A stretch of DNA of 64,000 nt from the human T2T-CHM13v2.0 reference genome, Homo sapiens, in the NCBI RefSeq assembly GCF_009914755.1, contig NC_060930.1. One strand, 5' to 3'. Each line of letters opens with the position of its first letter. The first letter of the stretch is position 1. Below are positions 17,012-33,551 of this stretch, in pieces. Below the pieces are notes generated by a model, which saw only the letters and a list, made by a program, of their open reading frames with translations, made no database searches and was not told the DNA's origin. The translations under genes and the position numbers were made by a program.

Positions 17012-19117
17012 TAGAGGCCATTGTAAGGTTATTAACTGGCTTAATGTGAATATTGTTGTGTCTCAGGAAATAGGGAGGCCCAAGGAGAGGAAGTGGGGTC
17101 AGCCAGTTAGTGGAAAAGTCAGAACGTACACATGTATCATTTAAGTTCACTGACTTATTATGGGAGTGGTTTGTGGCACCCCAAACACTGCAATAGTAAC
17201 ATCAAAGATCTCCGATCATAGATCACCATAACAGATATCATAGTAATGAAAATGTTTGAAATATTGCTAGTATTGCCGAAATGTGACACAGGGACACAAA
17301 GTGAGCGTGTGCTGTCAGAAAAATGACGCTGATAGACTTGCTCAATGCAGGGTTACCACAAACCTTCAATTTGTAAAAAACTAAAATATCTGCGAAGAGC
17401 AATAAAGTAAGTGCAATAAAGTGAGATGTGCCTGTAGTTAGCCAATTTCCGGCCATCTTCGGTGACTGGGAATCCACTCCCTACTGGACAGTGTCTTTAC
17501 ACAGCTGTAATCATTGTAAAGTTTTCCCTTTCTTCTTTATTTTGATTATTTATTATTTTTAATTTTTTTTCTCAGACCTCACAGGGAAGAGTTTTTCCTT
17601 TCTTAGAAAGGAATGCTTAAGTGAATGATGACACATTCTCATGATGAATTCTTAATGCAGCCATTAAAATGTTAATTAAGAATTTCAAACGGCATGAGAA
17701 TAATTAGGTAAAAACAAAGACATGAAATTGCATGTATAATATTTCAACTATATTTTAACAATACACAAAAACAAATTATTTAAAAATATTAATGGCTTTT
17801 GCCTCTGGGTGGTGGGATCACAGGGGATTGTTTTTTGCCTGTTTATACTTTTTGTGGTTAAAAGAAATTTCATGGGGATATCTTACTTTATAATTATAGG
17901 AACTGGGGAAAACATTTTCCTTTCATAAATATGGAATTTCTTCTCTGATTTATACCTGTTGGTTCTCAATATAGGCTCCGAGGGTAACTCAGAACAAATC
18001 CTTTTGTTCTCCCATATAATAGCCTTTCAAAAAGTTTAAAGGCAGATTACGTGTTTAAGCACGGCTGTTTATAGATGGGCAAACAGAAATTGTTTTCTTT
18101 TTAAAAATTTAGACAGTAAAAATCTGAAACAGTCAGGATGTTTCCATTTCTGTGAGAATGGTACTGTACTGTTATGTAAATACTATGTTTTCCCTCTTCT
18201 CTTCCAAAATAAACCATCGAAAGAAAACAAATTTATCACCCTAGGCTTGGTGGTTTTATTGAATTCAACATTTTATGAAACTGGATTTAGTAAAATCAGT
18301 TTGAGTTTTCTGAGAGTGTCCCTGAGGTCCTTGGTAAACTTGCACTCTTGGTTTAAGGGAATGATCAGGACAAAAAGAGGAACTCCTGGGAAGGATGGGA
18401 GCATTGGGCAAATCAGGTGGGTTGTGGAGAGCCTGGAGGGACTTTAACATGGGACAGTACTCAGATTCCCCTGCTCTCTTGTACATTGACACTGACCTTA
18501 TTTAGAGTCACCATATTAAAGAGATGTTGACCTCTCCAATGCAAAAATGGTATTACTCTATAACTATGTAGTGTAGAGTCAGCATCCCTGGAGTTTAGGG
18601 CATAGGTAACCAATCTTCAACAGAAAGCTGAAAAAAGTTTGAAAAAGCATATATCTGTACATGAATTCCCTGTAATACCTCAATGTTACCTACCAAGATT
18701 ATCTCACTGTCTAATCTTAAGTCAACTCAAAATGGTGAAAGAATTTTTCTGGGGAATGACTCTTTGTAGATTTTTACAGTACTTTTTGTCTTAATTCTTT
18801 TTCCTACTAAACTTTGAAACTCTTAGCAATAGTTTTGGGGTAAGTAAATGTTATCCATAAATTTTTATTGATTAACCTGATAAAAGAATTATATAAAAAT
18901 TAAAAATACCAATCGAAAAATTTAATTCAATAATGAAAGTAGATTATTTCAAACAGAGGCAAATACAGCTATCAATTACATATTTTAAATGGGATTTTTA
19001 CAAATAATCTGGAAGTTGGTATCATAAACAGTTATGCTGCTTAGGCAGAGCAGTAGATGTGAACACTTCCTTGCATCTGAAACAAGGCTTATTCTTGATC
19101 TGTTTCTTTGTTTCCAG

Positions 19118-19318
19118 ATGGTCTCCCAGCTTGAAGCCCAAATATCTGAGCTTGTTGAACAGTTGGGAAAGGAGTCTGGGTTTCACCAGAAAGCTCTCCA
19201 GAGGGCCCAGAAAGCAGAGAATATGTTGGAGACTCTTCAGGGTCAGCTGACACACCTGGAGGCAGAGCTGGTTTCTGGAGGTGTTTTGCGAGACAACTTG
19301 AATTTTGAGAAACAAAAA
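19118..19318 (+). CDS. CCDC170: CCDC170 coding exon 7 (67 codons, MVSQLEAQ...NFEKQK)
   Basis: Acceptor tttgtttccag ends 19117 and donor GTAATG starts 19319. 201 nt, in frame with exons 6 and 8. Confidence 0.97.
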
Positions 19319-19954
19319 GTAATGACCCGAGGGCATGTCCATGAGTGGAAGCATCTGTTGTAGTATAAAATTTTACCTGAAAATATCCTGAATTTTACAG
19401 TATTTAGTTTGGTTAAGTCCTGGACTTAATTGGTTAAGTCAATTTCAAGGAACAATGGGTTTGGAGCTTCCTTGATTCAAATTAATTTAATTAAACTCAA
19501 CGAGTATTTATTGAATGCCTACCATATATGAGGTCCTAAAGGTTTGGCAAGCTAAAATATGAATAATACACAGTTCCTGATCTTAAAGGCTCATAATTCA
19601 ATAGGGGAGACAGATACTCAGATAATTTGCTGTACTATAAGTTTACACATGTTATATGTATTGAATTAATAAAGTGCTGTAGGAACTTCCAGATAAAGGG
19701 AAGATTTTATAGGAGAGGAGATAATTAAGTTCATTTTTGAAAGATAAGTCAGATTATAGTGGAGACAGGAGACAGATACTGTAGGGGAAACAGTTTGAAG
19801 AAAGGCATGAAATCTGGCAAGTGCATAGTATATTCAGAGGACGCAAAATGGTGAATCCTCCATGGCTGGAACATGTTATTCTCGGTGGATCTGTGGCAAG
19901 AGAAAAGACTGGAATGGCTTAGACTATGAAGATGGAGTGTTCTTTACTCTGTAG

Positions 19955-20312
<358 letters not shown>

Positions 20313-20937
20313 ACATTGCAGTATTTTAGAAAGATAGCGTGATGTCCCCGTGGAGCTGAGATTGTGGCATGGAGGGTCTCGGAAACAATGGCACTGATAA
20401 CCCAGTGGGAGAGGAGAGTTAGACGGGAAGAGAAGGAGCCCGCACTGAGGATTCGAATGTGGGGAGACTGTCAGTGATCTTTGAGAGGCAGTTTTGGTGG
20501 AGCGGTGGAGAGCAAAAGCCAGTTTGTTTGTGCTGAGGGGATCCTTGAGAGGAAGGGGAGCGACCTTCTAGTAGACCAGTGTGAAGTCTGGTGACCAAAG
20601 AGAAGAGAGGCATGAGGCAGTGGCTGTGAAAAACAAGATCAAAGAAAGGTTTTGCTGGACAGGATGGCGGGGAAAGTATGGACTGAAAGAGTCTGCAGGA
20701 GGGAGTGTGGGAAGGGAAAGGGAGGCACACAGGCTCAAGAGCCTCGATGCCAAATTTGGCATGAAAAATGCCCTAAAGTTGAAACATGTACACTCAAGTA
20801 ACATATTCCTTTTCATTCTTCTGTACTTAAAACATTGAGGAATCATCATGCCTGCATTGAGGTTGGATATGCAAAGATGTGCCAAAGGTGTCTGTGGAAA
20901 ATCAAGTCTAGCAGATGAGACAGGGAGATCGGGGCGT

Positions 20938-21022
20938 AATAGTACAATAGTGCAATTAGTGCGCTTAGTGCAATAGTACAATGGTGCAATAGTGCAATTA
21001 GTGCAAATAGTACAATTAGTGC
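20938..21022. repeat. Degenerate 8-9 bp tandem repeat (aatagtRc / aattagtgc), ~10 copies
   Basis: Read directly from the sequence. Confidence 0.85.
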
Positions 21023-21429
21023 CATGATGGAGACAGGTATAAAATTTAACAGAAACCTGGAAAAAGGAGCAATGACTTTTTTTCTGTGTGGTAAGTGAGC
21101 CATCTTCACAGAAGAGGGGAGCATTAAAGAATGAGTAGGAATTTGTCAGGCAGAAGAGGTGGGAAGGAATTTGAGGCAGAAAGAATAGCAGGAACAAAGA
21201 AGAAATGGAGGTGTGAAAAGATGGCTCAGGAAATGAATGAGGTGCAGGGAGCCTGGGACATGATACTTGGCGAAACCAAAGGCGTGAGATGGCACTGGAG
21301 GCAGCTATAGGAATGATCGAGATGGGTCAGTCTAATGACTCAGGCTTCACTGCGTAGGTAATGGGAAGCCAGAGAAGGTTTTTGAGTAAAAGAAAGATTT
21401 CCCTCAAGTCAGACTCGCTTAGAGGGTAG

Positions 21430-21659
21430 CAGGGGTGTCCAACTTTTTGGCTTCCCTGGGCCACATTGGAAGAAGAAGAATTGTCTTGGGCCACACGTAA
21501 AATACACTAACAGTAGTGATAGCTGATAAGCTAAAACAAACAACAACAAAAACACACACACACACAAAACAAACAAAAAACAACCATGCATAATTTTTGA
21601 GGTATCTGCCACCACAGATAAGCAAAAAGTCCTCGCCTTCCAAGGGTTGGACACAGCTG
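21430..21659 (+). mobile_element. MER30/MER30B-like hAT element
   Basis: caggggtgtccaac...gggttggacacagctg termini, with cttccctgggccacattggaagaagaagaattg. Confidence 0.85.
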
Positions 21660-21883
21660 AGGGAAGGTAGGGAGCCCAGTTGGTGGCTCCCTGACTGGTC
21701 CAGTTAGATAGTCCAGTTCAGACTAGCCCAGTTCAGAAGATAATAAAGATCTGAACCAAGTAGTGGTTTTGTGAATGGAAATAGGGGATAGATTTGAGAA
21801 GTCTGGGAGAGTGAAGGGAGCTTTTTCTGTTAGATGTCTGTAAAGGTGTGATGGTGGAAAATTTGATTTTGTAAAGAAATATT

Positions 21884-22649
<766 letters not shown>

Positions 22650-24661
22650 TCAAATTTGTCCCTCTCCTGCTTCAGTCATGGTGGTAATCTGCCTCCATTT
22701 GCCCAAGCCATCTTCAACACTTCCCTCTTTTTAATCAATTCCTAAGCACTGTAAATCCTGTCTCCTTACTAGATCTCCAATGCCTCCCCCATCTCTATAT
22801 CCAGCAGCTGTGCTTTGGCTCTGAGAATTGTGCTCATTAACACGGACTAGGGAAACAACCTACTAACTGAGCTCCCAGCATTGTTCTTTGTGCCTCAGAT
22901 TTACTCTCTTCATTGCTGCCAGGGAGGTCTTAATGAAAGGTATGCCTAATCTTATCTTTCTTTATCTTAAAACTGGTCAGTGGTTCTCTGGTGCCCCCAG
23001 GATCAGGTACAGATTCCTTCTTTTTCCATGGCCCCACGTTCTGTGAGCTGGCCAGGTGGCCTCTCCATCTTCCCTCTCCCCTGCAATTTCTCCTGCCAGC
23101 AGGGGCAAACTCAGAAGCCTTCTGGGAGTGGCAGGACCCTGGTGGGGTCTGCGGTGATTACGGAGCCTAAAGACATCCATGCAGATTTGTAGCAGCACTC
23201 GTCTGGCGTCCTCCAGCTGCCTCCTACATTGCCCACTGCTATTTTCACCGAGAGAATGTTCTCCTTACCTCCTTCACCTGGCAGCAGCAATCTCTTCGAG
23301 ATTCAGCTCAAATACCACTTCCTCTGGCAGTCTTCCCTAAGAGACTTACCTATCTTTCCTTTTGCTCTCCAAGCAACATGCATCTGCCTCTCTCATGGTA
23401 CTTTTTACCATTATTGGATTGTTTTTAAATTTTTTCTTCTCCAAATATACCAAGCTTCTTAAGGCCAGAAAAAATCATTTTTTCCTGTATTTCTCCAGGG
23501 CCTAGAGAAAGAGTCAATAAATATTATTTGAATTATAGAAGAAATATATTAAAGGCAAGAATTTCAGGTGGATTGGTATTTCTTCCCTTCCCTTACTATA
23601 AATGAATCATTAATTTTAATTGGGATTATGTTCAAATAACTCTCAGTTATGAAAGCAAATTATGTAAGCTAACTCTGTCCGTCGTGAATTTTCCGTCGCT
23701 AACTGCATATGAAATGCACGTTCTGGTAAGGATGGATAGTATCATGTAAATTGAAAAGCAAAGTTGCACAGAGTTTAAATGCTAAATGCAGGTAATCTGG
23801 CAGACTCAAAGACAGTAGAATGCAGTTTCTTATTTATGCTGAACTGTGATTCAAATGAACAATATATACAGTAATCCTTCATTTCTATGAAGTTAAAAGT
23901 TTCTAGTAACCTTAATCTTTTGAAATAGAGACAAAATCCTTGAAATAGAAACTTTCTCTTTGGGGTCTCGGCTTGCTCTTGTCTTAATCCCTTTTTGCCT
24001 GTTGTAGTCCTGGCCTAGTAAATGGATGGGTCATATGTAGAAATAGAAAGAAAGAGGGTTTCATACCGTCATGTAATAGGTACTTATCTATTTTATGTAA
24101 AATACAAGCAATAGCAGTTAGGTCACTTTCATGGACACAGGTTAAAAATTAAAAATTCCAGATAGCTGATACAGCATTAAACAGTGATAACCTGAGGATG
24201 TAGAGACAAAAGCAGTTTATGGTATTGTAGCACAATGCAATAAGTGATATTTGCAATGACTGTGACTTATAAAGAAGAGATAAAATTGTATTCATATGTA
24301 TGCTATTTGCCAAAATTGGAAAATATACACTTATAAATAATTTCATCCTGATAATTAAAACATAGCTAGTTCTGGGCTTTAATCTGGTGTGCTTCAGTTG
24401 GCAGGAAGTTGTACCTATTTAAACATTTAATTGCCTGAATAAGCCAGATGGATAAGTTATTGCAATCAGAAGAAAATATCAAAGATAAAACCCAAATCAT
24501 AAAATGATGATATAGAAAGCTCATTGATTGATTTATTCATCCAGCAAGCACTTAGTAAGCATTGTCCTATGTGTGGACTTGCCAGATAAACCACGGAAAT
24601 CAAGCAGAGGAAAACCTTTAAATAGCTTTCTAACTGTAGACTGCTAAAATATGAATCTTGA

Positions 24662-25017
<356 letters not shown>

Positions 25018-25150
25018 CTGCATTAAAAAATTTTAAAGAAATTTTCTAAAATATCTTAATTAATAAAAAAGACCCCAAAATGTTGTTCGAAATTTTGTTT
25101 GTATGGTGAGCTTTGAGTTTGGAGTGCTCTGTAGAGCCCAAGAAGAGTAA

Positions 25151-25204
25151 AGTGGCAACTGGCTAAGTTGCCAGTGACAACCGGCTAAGTTGCCAGTGAC
25201 AACC
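25151..25204. repeat. 22-bp tandem duplication (~2.5 copies) with internal palindrome
   Basis: agtggcaactggctaagttgcc / agtgacaaccggctaagttgcc / agtgacaacc. Confidence 0.9.
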
Positions 25205-25261
25205 TTTGAGGCCAGGGCCCAGTTAGGTGGGAAAAATTCCCAAGGAAGGTGCATGGGTGGG

Positions 25262-25951
<690 letters not shown>

Positions 25952-26329
25952 ATGGGTGGATCCCAGGGGCTAGATTAGCCTGAGAGGGGCATGGTTGCAG
26001 CAACAAGTTGTCGAAGCAGAGAGATGAAGATGTCATCAAACATAGCCAAATGTGTTGTTTGGCAGAGTTAAGAAAAGTATATAATATTCGATTGAACATG
26101 AACATCAAGGGCTAGGAGAGTCAAGAGCATTCAGACAAGGGGTAGGCAGGGAACTGGCAGGGTGGTTCAGGAATTTATTACCACATATGGGTCAGAGTCC
26201 GTGCTCCGTTCCATGCTCTCTGCAAAGGAGAATTACCTGTAAGCTTGGGAGAAAGAGGAAGAGATTCTGTGAGATCACTCATTAACTTTGACTTTCATGT
26301 CCCATTTTTGTTTCTGTTCTTGGGTTTAG

Positions 26330-26503
26330 TATCTTAAATTTCTGGATCAGCTTTCTCAGAAAATGAAGTTGGACCAGATGGCTGCCGAACTTGGCTTTGA
26401 CATGCGGCTGGACGTGGTTTTAGCTCGAACAGAGCAGCTGGTTCGTCTTGAGAGCAATGCAGTCATTGAGAACAAGACCATTGCCCACAATTTGCAGAGA
26501 AAG
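26330..26503 (+). CDS. CCDC170: CCDC170 coding exon 8 (58 codons, YLKFLDQLSQ...HNLQRK); missing from the ORF track
   Basis: Acceptor ttcttgggtttag ends 26329 and donor GTAGGA starts 26504. 174 nt open frame, translated by hand. Confidence 0.96.
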
Positions 26504-26674
26504 GTAGGAGATATTGAAACTTGCTAGTATTGAGAGAAGAAATTTCTGAAAAACCCAAACATTGAAAAATAATGTACTGCCACCATGTTTACCAGTGTAG
26601 CTAGGAAGGCTCTTATAAAAATATGTATTTAGAATTGGAGGCTCAATTTCAAGTCTGAAGAGTTGGTAAGTGTA

Positions 26675-27210
26675 TCTGTCACCTAAGGTTGTGTTTCACT
26701 GTGTGTAATGGGTACCCACAATGGCAGTGACTTAAGCAAGTAAAAGTTTTTTGTTGTTGTTGTTTGTTTGTTTTTTCTCACACAAATTCCTGGAGACAGG
26801 AAGTTTGGGGCTGGTGTGGCAACTCTCCTCTGTAAAGTCTTCAAGGAACCAGGCTCATTTCAGCTGATTCACTTCCCATCCCTAGGGTGATCCTTATTCT
26901 CATGGTTCCAAATGGTGCCCAGAACCATTATATATCTGTGTTTGAGATAGAAGAGAAGAAAGGAGTGAGGAATAGGGCTGCAAAAGAACAAGCAGAGGCA
27001 TCTTTAAAAAAGGCACTCAGAATTTGCTACATGAACTTTTGTTTATATCCCATGGCCAGAATATGTTTTGGTGGTCAAACCTAGCTGCAAGGGAGGCTTG
27101 CAAATGTAGGCTTTACTCTGGGTAGCCATTTACCTAGCTAGAAAAAAATTCACAGTTTCTATTACTTTGGGAGAAGAGGAGAACTGGGGGGACATTTAGC
27201 AGCCTCTGCA
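26675..27210 (-). mobile_element. Old MLT1-type LTR
   Basis: cagtgacttaagcaag...cctagctgcaagggaggcttgcaaatgtagg. Boundaries approximate. Confidence 0.6.
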
Positions 27211-27846
27211 TTTGTAAACTCAGCTGCACTAGAAATTCTAGCAGAGAGAGAAGGGCTTACTTTTCTTCACTCAAAGGAAGAGTTAGAAACAGTTTATACT
27301 AAATCAATGAATGAATAGATGAAAGGTATAAAATATAATTATTAGTTACATAATTATTGGTATTGGGGAAAGAAATAGGAAAACACAGATGTATTCTTAT
27401 AATAGTTCTTAGGAGAGAAATGCTATGATACAATTCCAGTGTAGATGCTGTATAATGAGTCACATCTGGGCTCCCAATTCGGTTCCATCAAGCTGTGTGA
27501 CCTTGAACAGATTATATACCTCTCTGTCTCTGTTTCCTCATATTTAAGATGGGGATGCTATATACCCCAAGGAGTTGTTAGTTTTTAATAAATAACATTT
27601 TCAAACCCTTGGCTCACAGAATATGCTGTATTCATGTTTGGCTTCTTCTCCACTACCATATCTTGAGGAATATTTTATAAAAGATAGCATACAAACCCTA
27701 TTACCATTAGAGACATTAAATTCAGCTACCATTCTTTCCAAAGTTCTGCTCAGATAATTGATTCTTTTTCTCAGTGTCCAACACCATTACTTCTTAATAA
27801 TTATATAATTATTAAACTTACCAGTTTATAGAATTTACCAGTGTAA

Positions 27847-28309
<463 letters not shown>

Positions 28310-28734
28310 TAAGTCTTTCCACCTGTTACCACTTTACAAGTGCAGAGTAGATAATTAGGGGAACTTTGATGGTCTTCAGCTTGAACACTTGATAATATAT
28401 GATTCTGATTCTGATGTTTATAGCAGATGACAGAGGTTTCTGTACTTAATATTCCATCTACTAATTGTGACATGTGGAGCCTAGGAAGCTTCTTCCCCCT
28501 CTAGAGTCCATAGTCATTTTCTTAAATATCACTCTAATTTCCTTTTTTAGGTTTGGTTACCAATGATAAATGATGTTTGAGGAGCTATCCTCTGCTTAGT
28601 TTGTGGACCTTACAGGCCAGACATATAATAAAGACCAAGAAACCTTCTTACAGTCCCTTTTATTTCTAAGATTTTATATGTATAAGCAAAGCTTTAAAGC
28701 AAAGCTTACTTAAAAATCTCCTTGGTATATCTTA

Positions 28735-29051
<317 letters not shown>

Positions 29052-29557
29052 GTTGATATATATCCACTCTCATGTTGGGGGCCACGTGTTCCAGTTCTAA
29101 GGGATTGAAATGAGCCAGTCTAGGTTTACAGTACTCACTTGCATTGTATCTTATTTCAGAAAATGCCAGTGCAGATATTGTGGCCGTTAGATGTTGGACA
29201 GGATTTTGTCTCTCTGTCTTATTACATTCTGCTCTGATAAACTCATCTGAGGAGTTTTTTAAAAGTAATTTTACATTTTTATGATGATGCACATAATGTT
29301 AGAGAGCATCAGATGTGGAAAGCTGACTCCTGCACATTTTCTGGGGCTCTTTTGTCTCAGATTTTAGGTATGCAATTAATTCTTGGAAAGGGTATGAGTA
29401 AAAAATGCAATCAGGAAAAGGAATCCAATGACTTTTTTGATGGTTTACAAATTACTCTTATTGAGGTGTAGATAGAGATCAACATTATCTGGGTAACTCA
29501 TTTATATTTACTATTGTTCAATTATTAAAAAAAAAATCCCTGTTTGCATCAAACCAG

Positions 29558-29800
29558 CTAAAGACACAGAAAGAGAGACTGGAGAGCAAAGAATTACACA
29601 TGAGCCTCCTCCGGCAGAAAATAGCCCAGCTGGAGGAGGAGAAGCAGGCACGCACGGCCTTGGTGGTTGAGAGGGACAACGCGCATCTTACCATCAGGAA
29701 CTTGCAGAAGAAGGTGGAGAGGCTGCAGAAAGAGCTGAACACGTGTCGAGACTTGCACACCGAGCTCAAAGCCAAACTGGCCGACACCAATGAACTGAAG
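29558..29800 (+). CDS. CCDC170: CCDC170 coding exon 9 (81 codons, LKTQKERLES...DTNELK) with non-canonical GC donor
   Basis: Acceptor caaaccag ends 29557. Donor AAG/GCAAGT at 29801 keeps frame into exon 10 (ELK|IKT). 243 nt. Confidence 0.94.
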
Positions 29801-30058
29801 GCAAGTGCTTGGCTTCATTTTGTTGTTGCTTTTTGCTGGTTACTGTCAATGTTTTATGCAAAAGAATGACAGCTTTATCGGGACACGCCAGAAGAAGAAA
29901 GATGAAAGCCTCCTCTGATTTTCTAGAATTATGGGAAAAATGCAAAAATGACACAAATCAGGGTACATATCCATTCAGTGTCTCTTCAATATCTGAAGTG
30001 AAGCCATCATTGCTAGGTGAAAAGTCAGTCAAAAAGTGGTGATGTTTCCTTTTTTAAA

Positions 30059-30650
<592 letters not shown>

Positions 30651-33551
30651 AAAAAGTGGTGATGTTTTAAGTCCAGAAAAGAAATACATTTCTCCAAAGT
30701 GTTGGTGACTGCTATTAGTGATGATGCAGGGATTAATCACATTGGAATTTGCTTAGGAAGAAATGAGAAAATGGGCACAACTGTTTGCTGAAAAGAGTCA
30801 GGCAGGCAAGGGTATTTACGTTGTGCTCTGTAGGATACATCATTACCAAGTCCAGTGGAGAAGGTCACCAGAACTGGGGAGACAGTTCCTATATTCAAGG
30901 TGTTCAACTTCTAACGAAGGCAGAGCAAAAAGAAATGGAAACTTACAAGAATTTAATCAAAAGATTTACGTGTCATGCATGTGTGCCACTGGCAATAATA
31001 TGTAACTTAATATGCACACATCATCCTCAGCAGGTGTGCAAATCGCAAGTACAGTGGACAATAACATCCTGGCTCTTTGCAGACAATGCTCTGAAACTGC
31101 TTTTTGGAAGGTTTCCGAATCTGGAAACAGACAAGCAGGGAAAAAGAATCTGGAATTAAGCCAGCCCTTGAACATGTGTAGTGGGGACCATGTTTTAGAA
31201 CATATTTTCCACTGTAGTTTCCCTTCTGGGTAGTTTTCTTTTCCCTGCTGAAGCCCTTCTGCCATTGGGGCTAGACTGCCAAGTTGAAGTGTACTTCCTT
31301 GGAGAAGGGGAGAACGGGCACCCCCCAGAGAAGGACACATCTGAATACAAGGAAGGGGGGAAGCAAGGGAAAGCATCTGAGGTGGTGCCATGGGTGGGGA
31401 GGAAATATCAGAGGTAAATCCCCTCAACAGTCCCTTTGCAACTTGAGACTGACCTTTAGTGGGGATTTGGAATAGGGTGGAATAGCATCAGCTGCTCTAA
31501 TCCTGGCTGGAAGAGGCTGCAAATGGTGATGAATCTTGGGGGCCTAGATTGCACCTCAATTCCCTGGAGCCTGGAGTTCCATTTTCACTAGTGAGGGATA
31601 TGGATGACAGCTGAAACGCAAGCTGGAGAGCTCATTACAGGAGCAGATGGGGGTGTTCGGTTCAACTGAGGGACAAAGTGACCCTCCATCAGAGGCCCTG
31701 GGGTCATCACCTAGGCTGTGGCCCAATAGCAGCTACAGCCGAGCCTTGAATTAGCTGAGACCAATGATGTGGCCTTGACTCTGGTGAGAGACCGTCACAA
31801 ATTTCACAAGTCAAATAATAGATATAGGAGAGATTCAGGGGCAGCATGAGGGCCAGAATCACTTTTTCTAAAATCACAAGGACTTTCCTCCACCCAGTTA
31901 TCATCTCAGAAAGAAGGAGGGGAGAGAAGAATCCCCTAAAGATGGCATTGTATGAATAAAAACAAATTTTAAACCCAAAGAAATGCAGTTAGCTGCAAAT
32001 ACCATCTGCTCTAACCATTTGGGGTGACGGTAGTGGGGAGTTTGTTTCCTGTATCCAAAGGACTATGCAGATTATCCTAAAGTTAATGTGGCTGGGACAT
32101 TGCACCAGCTGCTCCTGATTGTAGGATGTGCGGGTGTTCATCCCTAGGCCAGAGGCACTCATCCCCTCTGACATCTTTGCTTATAAGGATACAGGAGTAC
32201 TACTTTGTTAGAGAGAATAAAGGGCCTTTGGACACTTCCAAAGAAGCTAGAAAAGAAAAGTTAAAGAAATGGAAACCAGTGGTAAGACAGCTAATAGTTG
32301 GAGAATGTCATTGAACAAAATAGGAAAAGGAACCTCACCATTATAGCCAATGTGTGATGCACACCTTTGAAAAGGAAACAAAATTTGGGGCTTTAGAGAA
32401 CAATAAGGAGAATTTGCAGACCTGATCTAACACTTTTGAAGAATTTCTCTTACCCATAGGGAGGTGCTTTCATGTAGACAAGGATATGGCAAAATCAGAG
32501 CTGTACAGTGTTTCTTGAACTCAGACTGAAAAATCAAACAGTCTTCTGTCTTTGCCAAGACTTTATAAACATAGATTACCTCCTAGTGCTGTCATGGTAT
32601 TTGGTACAACATTGCTTCTGATCAAACAACAGTTGTTTGGAGTAGAGGATGAGGATGAGTGACAGTCAATGCAATAATAGGTGAATAGGAGGTCTGGTTG
32701 GCTGCTGCTGATGCCTTGACAATGTCTGGGAGTTGGGGAGGGGAAGAAGCTGAGCAGTGGACAGGGGCTGGATCACATGGAGCCTTATGTGTCACACTAA
32801 GATGTTTGGACTTATCCTCTGGGTCCTGAGGAGCCATTGGAGGATAAAATTGTCAGGAACGAGACTGAGAAGAAACAGAGAGAGAGATAGAGAGAGAGCA
32901 GAATGAGGCTGTGGTCAACTATACCAAGTACAGCAGTGCGATAATGACTGAAGGAGTGTCCACTATACTTGGCTTTGGAAAATCTGTGAGTCAAGCATGT
33001 GCGGATCATGGTGGTAGTGGGTGAGGGTTCTGAGAATAAGTCAGATTTCAGGGATGAAAGAGAAATGAAAACAAAGACAGTGCAATACCCTTCCGGGATA
33101 CTTGGATGAAAAGAAGAGAGTTAGGAAAGTAAATAAAGTTGGCTTGCGTATTTACTTGGTTGCCTTATTTTGAATAGACAGATCCACATACTTTTACAGA
33201 TAAGATAATAGGAAAGGTATAGGAGAGACTTGGTTTGACTGACTCAAGAATTACTCGGGCCCCTACACATTTCAAAGGAATGTTAAGTCTTCCTTCCAGT
33301 GTAGAACAGAGATCTCTCTAACTTGTTAACACAGTAAGTGTCAACTTCATGCATTTATGAGATATCAAATACAGAATAGATTTTTGTTTTGTATTTGATA
33401 CAAATCCAAAATATCAGACTTCTGAAATCAATTTCCAAGACAGATTACCGGTATCAGCTATCCACCATTGTACATTGCCTTAAGCTTGTCCCTGTATTAA
33501 TTTCACTATTCATAAAGCAATATTTCTGAACATTAGCAAAAATAGCTTTAC

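Noticed and set aside
19241-19253. GGTCAgcTGACA as an estrogen response element
   Set aside because: The spacer is 2 nt, not 3, and the site lies within coding sequence. I found no perfect ERE by eye.
20568-21197. Longest ORF in the track (209 aa, minus strand) with a Cys-rich CTICTNCT segment
   Set aside because: Non-ATG start, lies in decayed L2 sequence, and the Cys pattern comes from the 8-9 bp tandem repeat.
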